A DNA stretch of 64,000 nucleotides from Gammaproteobacteria bacterium (lineage in GTDB: Bacteria > Pseudomonadota > Gammaproteobacteria > Arenicellales > Poriferihabitantaceae). Under the pieces are notes generated by a model that was not told the origin of the DNA, did not search any database, and was given only the letters and a program-made list of their open reading frames with translations. Made by a program: the position numbers and the translations under genes. The stretch lies in contig JAPOSW010000128.1 of NCBI GenBank assembly GCA_026709505.1, positions 20,261-84,260 on the forward strand. The letters are read 5' to 3'. Every line of letters starts with the position of its first letter. The first letter of the stretch is position 1. This document shows positions 59,265-64,000 of the stretch, in pieces.

Positions 59265-60223
59265 AAATACTCTACCGCCTGTTCAAGCGTTTCCTGATTG
59301 ATGACCGGGGTATAGCTCAAATCCTGACCCCGATAGGCCTTTTTGATCATGGCTTCAAGATTCGGACGCTTCTCGGCAGGAGTTTCCCCTTTGCCGATCC
59401 CGCCCCCGAACTCGATAATTCGGGCAACTTCCAGTTCCTGCAGCGCCAGTAGATTGCGGTACCAGAGCACCGGATTAAACAGCTGAAAAAACAATCTGGC
59501 CCGGATTGACTCTGCATCAGTATCGTGTATTCCACCCGAATAATTCGACAATGCCTTTATTCCGCTCGCCATGAATGCTGTTTGCGCCAACTTCCCACGA
59601 AACTGCTTGCCGGCCTCGACCATATAGAAAGTATGAAATGCCCCTTCCGTCTTTAACCTGGCACTTCTGCGTTTTGGAAACCGCTCGGCCATATCCTTGA
59701 CCAGCGCATCAAGGTCCTCTCTCCGACCGCCGACCACAGTCTGCTCCGGCAGATTGCAGGCCGAAATCCCGCAAGCATGACGGTCTGCTAAAACCTGTGC
59801 CGATTCAAGATCCAGCATTAGTGCTTCCATCTCCCCTTCGCCATATTCCCCCATCAACTCTCCACGTGACTTGACCAGTTTCAAGGCCTCTGCAAAGTCG
59901 AGGATTCCGGCACATACCAGCGCAGAATATTCACCAAGGCTGTGCCCCGCAACCGCAACCGGCTGTATCCGGCCCCCGCTCAAACTGGAAAAAAGACGAT
60001 AGCAGGCGATCGAATGGACAAGCAAGGCCGGCTGGGTAAAACGCGTGAGGTGGATACTGCCGTCTTGATCCTCAAAACAGAGGTGCGGAAGATCGTATCC
60101 CAAGGCATCGCTCGATTCACTGTAGGTTTCCCTGACCTCTCGATACGCCTCGAACAAATCTCGACCCATACCGGGATACTGAGAACCTTGACCCGGAAAC
60201 AGGAATGCAGTATTTTCACTCAC
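59255..60223 (-). CDS. Malonyl-CoA:ACP transacylase-like acyltransferase (FabD paralogue, not in a fab cluster)
   Basis: [14 protein letters not shown], the active-site motif [10 protein letters not shown], and GAFHT. Confidence 0.7.
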   Translation of the reverse strand: MSENTAFLFPGQGSQYPGMGRDLFEAYREVRETYSESSDALGYDLPHLCFEDQDGSIHLTRFTQPALLVHSIACYRLFSSLSGGRIQPVAVAGHSLGEYSALVCAGILDFAEALKLVKSRGELMGEYGEGEMEALMLDLESAQVLADRHACGISACNLPEQTVVGGRREDLDALVKDMAERFPKRRSARLKTEGAFHTFYMVEAGKQFRGKLAQTAFMASGIKALSNYSGGIHDTDAESIRARLFFQLFNPVLWYRNLLALQELEVARIIEFGGGIGKGETPAEKRPNLEAMIKKAYRGQDLSYTPVINQETLEQAVEYFQD

Positions 60224-60428
60224 CGATGTTCTCCCTTTTGCGCGTATCTGGGCTATCGTCAGCCCAGTTAAAAATCACAAGGAAGTTCATAACAGTATTG
60301 CCCTTGTGCACTGCTTGGATTTTAGCCCATATGCCGAAAATCTGAAAAGCCATTTAGAGACCCGGGGAATCCAGTCACAGATGTCGATGCACCCTTTTGA
60401 TTTAATCAACCGCCAGCCTGATAACACT

Positions 60429-61316
60429 ATGAGCACCGTAATTGATGGAAAAGCATTTGCCGAAACACTTCGCTCCCGCATAAAAAAAGCGGTCAGCGAA
60501 CTTCAGGCAAAACATGATATTGTGCCCGGACTCGCAGTCGTTCTGGTTGGCGAAAATTCAGCAAGCCAGATCTACGTCAGGTCCAAAGCGCGCCAGACCG
60601 CTGAGGCCGGCATGCAATCCTTTGAGCATCGGCTGCCGGAAAACACTTCAGAAAGCGAACTCGTCCAGCTAGTCGAAGAACTCAATCGGAACCCGCAAGT
60701 GAACGGCATTCTTGTTCAGCTTCCGCTCCCTGCTCAAATCAATTCAGAACGCATCATCAACACCGTCAACGTGAACAAGGACGTTGACGGTTTTCATGTC
60801 GAAAGCACGGGTCGCCTGTCTATCGGCATCGATTCACTGGTGCCCTGTACGCCCGCAGGCTGTCTAATGCTGCTCAAACAAGCGGTCGGTGACCTAACCG
60901 GACAACATGCGGTCATTATTGGCCGATCAAATATCGTCGGCAAGCCAGTCGCCCAGCTATTGCTCAAAGAACACTGCACCGTCACAATAGCCCATTCAAG
61001 AACCCGTGACCTACCCTCGGCATGTCGTCAGGCAGATATTGTGATTGCTGCTGTGGGAGTACCTGAAATGGTCAAAGGCGATTGGATCAAGCCCGGAGCA
61101 ACCGTCATCGATGTTGGGATTAACCGAGTTGCCGATAACTCAGGAAAAAGCAAACTGGTCGGAGATGTCGACTATGCGTCCGCCTCGGAGGTGGCTGGGG
61201 CAATCACGCCCGTACCGGGCGGAGTGGGCCCGATGACTATTGCATGCCTGCTTCAGAATACGATCATCGCAACCTGCCGGCAGCGACAGATCAAATTACC
61301 GGAAGCAATCAGCTAG
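60429..61316 (+). CDS. folD: Bifunctional 5,10-methylene-THF dehydrogenase / methenyl-THF cyclohydrolase
   Basis: [62 protein letters not shown] 60429 chosen (ORF extends to 60306). Confidence 0.9.
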   Translation: MSTVIDGKAFAETLRSRIKKAVSELQAKHDIVPGLAVVLVGENSASQIYVRSKARQTAEAGMQSFEHRLPENTSESELVQLVEELNRNPQVNGILVQLPLPAQINSERIINTVNVNKDVDGFHVESTGRLSIGIDSLVPCTPAGCLMLLKQAVGDLTGQHAVIIGRSNIVGKPVAQLLLKEHCTVTIAHSRTRDLPSACRQADIVIAAVGVPEMVKGDWIKPGATVIDVGINRVADNSGKSKLVGDVDYASASEVAGAITPVPGGVGPMTIACLLQNTIIATCRQRQIKLPEAIS

Positions 61317-61560
61317 CGCCATTCAAAATAATCCTCTCGCTATCACTGGACCGGATCAAGCACATGCAGTGCAGGCCTGGACAACAGGGAGAACCTCTTT
61401 CTCGCTTGCTATCGAATTGGCGAGATGGACGTATTTTTTGGATATCCGCAATCTTCATCACATCATGCATTCAGTGATGAGTTGAGACATGTACTTGATG
61501 CTCCTGTGAACCCGGCGCTGATACGGAACTGGGCTTGGCAAGCCTTGAATATAATGCCGT

Positions 61561-62184
61561 TCAGGGCTGCAGTGCAGAGATATACAACGCCAGCTGCCTG
61601 ATCTGCTCTCCTGTAAGAGGATGGGCGATCGCTTGCATCTCAACATTCTTTCTCGCACCTGACTTGAATGCATGCAGCTGCATTTCGGTATAGGCAACAT
61701 GCTGTCCGCCCAGGCGCGGATAATGGGGCGGTATTCCGGATCCATCAGGACCATGGCATGCCATGCAAGCGGGTACATCATATCCTGCATAGCCAGCACG
61801 GTACAATTGCTGGCCGGCCAGTACTTCCTCCATATCTTCCTCGGAGACACCCTCTATGCTCGGGGCCTGGGACGCATAGTACGCATCCAGGTCTGCCATG
61901 TCCTGCTCACTCAAAGACCCGACAATGCCCAGCATAACCGCATTTTCCCTTGCTCCGGTTTTGTAGGCCTGTAATTGAACCGCCACGTATCCCGGTACTT
62001 GACCTGCAATTTTAGGGAACTGGTCTACCGGACTGTTTCCATCGACACCATGGCAAGCCACACACAATGCAGACTTGGCCTTGCCAGCTTCAATATCGCC
62101 TTCTGCCTGAGAAACCGCTGGATTAAACAGTAAAACAGCAGCTGCCACTGTCAATAACAAACTATATGAACGAATCATGGACAA
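61561..62184 (-). CDS. Dihaem cytochrome c4
   Basis: Signal peptide and two CxxCH sites (CVACHG, CMACHG) in repeated halves. Divergent from engB, as in many gammaproteobacteria. Confidence 0.85.
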   Translation of the reverse strand: MSMIRSYSLLLTVAAAVLLFNPAVSQAEGDIEAGKAKSALCVACHGVDGNSPVDQFPKIAGQVPGYVAVQLQAYKTGARENAVMLGIVGSLSEQDMADLDAYYASQAPSIEGVSEEDMEEVLAGQQLYRAGYAGYDVPACMACHGPDGSGIPPHYPRLGGQHVAYTEMQLHAFKSGARKNVEMQAIAHPLTGEQIRQLALYISALQP

Positions 62185-62548
62185 GACTATGATTAATGTT
62201 GAAATGCGAAATTGAAATTACGGACCACTTCCTGAAACCTCAGAATGCCGAAGAAGTACCCATGACCACACCGGACATGGAATGAACTGAATGCTTATAG
62301 TCTTTCAGGCAACGGTTTTACGAGGCACTCCACAAATATCGGCGGCGGCTCCTTACTGCTCGTTGCTATTATATACTTAAGCATTGCAGTTTTTTATCAG
62401 CAAATCCTGTTTTCTGCCGGGCTGGCTGTTTGCACGGGCTTCAAGCCTGAAAAGACGCTCTCATCAAATTACAGATTACACTCCAGATTTTCTGACCGCT
62501 CAACAAGCTTGCCACAGTAAATCACCACTTTCAGGGTCGAGGTTCATC

Positions 62549-63154
62549 TTGGATAGCAACACATTCAGTCATGCTCGGTTCCAGTTGGCCGCAACAAAGC
62601 GCTCACAATGGCCGGGGGCAAGTCGTGCCGAAGTTGCATTCGCTGGGCGCTCGAACGTTGGCAAATCGAGCGCCATCAACGCTATAACAGGCCAGCAAAG
62701 CCTTTCCCGAACCAGTAAGACTCCAGGCAGAACTCAGCAGATCGTGTTCTTCGAGCTTCCTGAAGGTCGGTACCTTGTTGATCTTCCCGGATATGGCTAT
62801 GCTAAGGCGCCAGTCAGCCTACGGCAGGAATGGGAGAAATTCATCACCGATTACCTCTTTAATCGAGCGAGCTTGAAGGTCTTGTGCATCCCGATGGATA
62901 TTCGCCGTCCGCTCACCCCGCTTGATCAGAACATGCTGGATTTTTGCCAGGATATCGAACTGCCTGCACACATCTTGCTGACCAAGGCTGACAAATTCAA
63001 ACCGGGAAAAGCAAAATCCCTGTATCGACAGGTAAGCCGGCAATTGGCTGAGCAGCCAATGGTCTCGGTTCAGCTGTTTTCAGCGAAAACCGGGACCGGG
63101 GTTCAGGAAGCGAAGCTGACTTTGCGGGATTTCCTGATAGAGAACAGCAGATAG
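62549..63154 (+). CDS. engB: Ribosome-biogenesis GTPase YihA/YsxC
   Basis: EVAFAGRSNVGKSSAIN, DLPGYGYA, LTKADK. In-frame TTG 62549 gives the usual length of about 200 aa (ORF extends to 62384). Confidence 0.8.
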   Translation: MDSNTFSHARFQLAATKRSQWPGASRAEVAFAGRSNVGKSSAINAITGQQSLSRTSKTPGRTQQIVFFELPEGRYLVDLPGYGYAKAPVSLRQEWEKFITDYLFNRASLKVLCIPMDIRRPLTPLDQNMLDFCQDIELPAHILLTKADKFKPGKAKSLYRQVSRQLAEQPMVSVQLFSAKTGTGVQEAKLTLRDFLIENSR

Positions 63155-63236
63155 CCATTCTGATAATCCAGGGCATTGCAAGCTTCGCTTGGCATGGACG
63201 GGTTTTCTCGAGTTTTCTGGTTGGACAGAGGCGTGT

Positions 63237-64000
63237 CTAGTCTCTGGCAAGGCCATCGCTGCTTACGACATATTTCTGGCTGGTTAATCCCTCAAGACCG
63301 ACCGGTCCCCGCACATGCAGCTTATCGGTACTGATTCCGATTTCTGCTCCCAAGCCATATTCATAGCCATCGGCAAATTGCGTAGAAGTGTTAATCATCA
63401 CGGAACTTGAATCAACCCGTCTTATGAACTCGTTTTGGTGACTTGAATTCTCGGTGATGATTGCATCCGTGTGTCCCGATCCAAAGGTTTCGATATGTGA
63501 AATAGCCTGATCCAGGCCATCGACTATGCGTATCGAGAGAATTGCATCAAGATACTCGGTGGTCCAATCCTGGGCAACGGCAGGCATTAGCCCTTCCACG
63601 AGCAGTCGTGAATTCGGACATCCGCGAATCTCGATCCCCTTGTCATGGTATAAACGGCACAGTTCTGGCAATACCTTTGGTGCAATATCTTTCGCTACCA
63701 GCAAAGTCTCCATGGCTCCGCATATTCCATATCGACGAGCCTTGGCGTTATAGGCTACCCGAATTGCCTTCCCAATATCGGCATCACTGTCAATGTATAC
63801 ATGGCAGATTCCGTCTAGATGCTTGATCACGGGTACTGTTGCATGCTCACTGATACGCTGGATGAGCCCCTTCCCGCCACGTGGAACAATAATGTCGACA
63901 TACTCATCCATTGACATTAGGCAATCGACCGCGGCACGATCGGTGGTTTCTACAAATTGAATACAATGCTCACTGAGGCCTGCATCGATTAGCCCCTGCT
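63237..64000 (-). CDS. proA: Gamma-glutamyl phosphate reductase, C-terminal part; the 5' end lies outside the window
   Basis: [45 protein letters not shown]. The frame stays open upstream of the listed ATG up to nt 64000 (...[27 protein letters not shown]). Confidence 0.85.
   Translation of the reverse strand, partial: QGLIDAGLSEHCIQFVETTDRAAVDCLMSMDEYVDIIVPRGGKGLIQRISEHATVPVIKHLDGICHVYIDSDADIGKAIRVAYNAKARRYGICGAMETLLVAKDIAPKVLPELCRLYHDKGIEIRGCPNSRLLVEGLMPAVAQDWTTEYLDAILSIRIVDGLDQAISHIETFGSGHTDAIITENSSHQNEFIRRVDSSSVMINTSTQFADGYEYGLGAEIGISTDKLHVRGPVGLEGLTSQKYVVSSDGLARD

Noticed and set aside
1-64000. CRISPR arrays, rRNA operons, prophage blocks, toxin-antitoxin pairs or known defence-system genes
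   Set aside because: Reading through the intergenic regions showed no regularly spaced direct repeats. None of the ORF translations carries cas, restriction-modification, Abi, TA or phage structural motifs that I could recognise.

Overview
The window is a 64-kb chromosomal segment whose gene order looks gammaproteobacterial. This placement is an inference from synteny: rnpB-rsmI, kdsB-lpxK-msbA, divergent cytochrome c4/engB, and folK-folB opposite plsY. No similarity search was run, so all calls rest on motifs I could read in the supplied translations and in the DNA. About 60 genes are supportable.

Housekeeping genes cover several functions:
- lipid A/LPS export
- RNase P RNA
- folate metabolism (folB, folK, folD)
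- molybdenum cofactor (moeA, moaC)
- pdxH, proA, plsY and a KefB/C-type antiporter

These are interleaved with an unusually dense set of methylated-amine and one-carbon catabolic genes:
- A dimethylglycine/sarcosine-dehydrogenase-like flavoenzyme.
- Three CntA/GbcA-like Rieske oxygenase alpha subunits.
- A tight Rieske-SDR-BKACE-SDR-carnitine-dehydrogenase-like operon, downstream of a Liv-type ABC importer.
- A fused HyuA/HyuB ATP-dependent amidohydrolase.
- A complete corrinoid-dependent methyl-transfer module built around a pyrrolysine-free MttB-family enzyme. It comprises a corrinoid protein, DUF1638, a small conserved protein, a pterin-binding methyltransferase, a GFA protein and a RamA/RACo-type activator, all next to a GbdR/CdhR-type regulator.
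- A stand-alone homocysteine methyltransferase.

The most striking single feature is a tRNA-Leu(UAA) gene interrupted at the anticodon by a 213-nt ORF-less group I intron, which the ORF track covers with spurious ORFs.

Other points:
- Three short accessory or decayed patches are present: nested IS remnants after an orphan tupA-like gene, an integrase remnant, and a roughly 1-kb coding-poor AT-richer gap.
- I saw no CRISPR array, rRNA or recognisable defence system.
- Start codons are best guesses.
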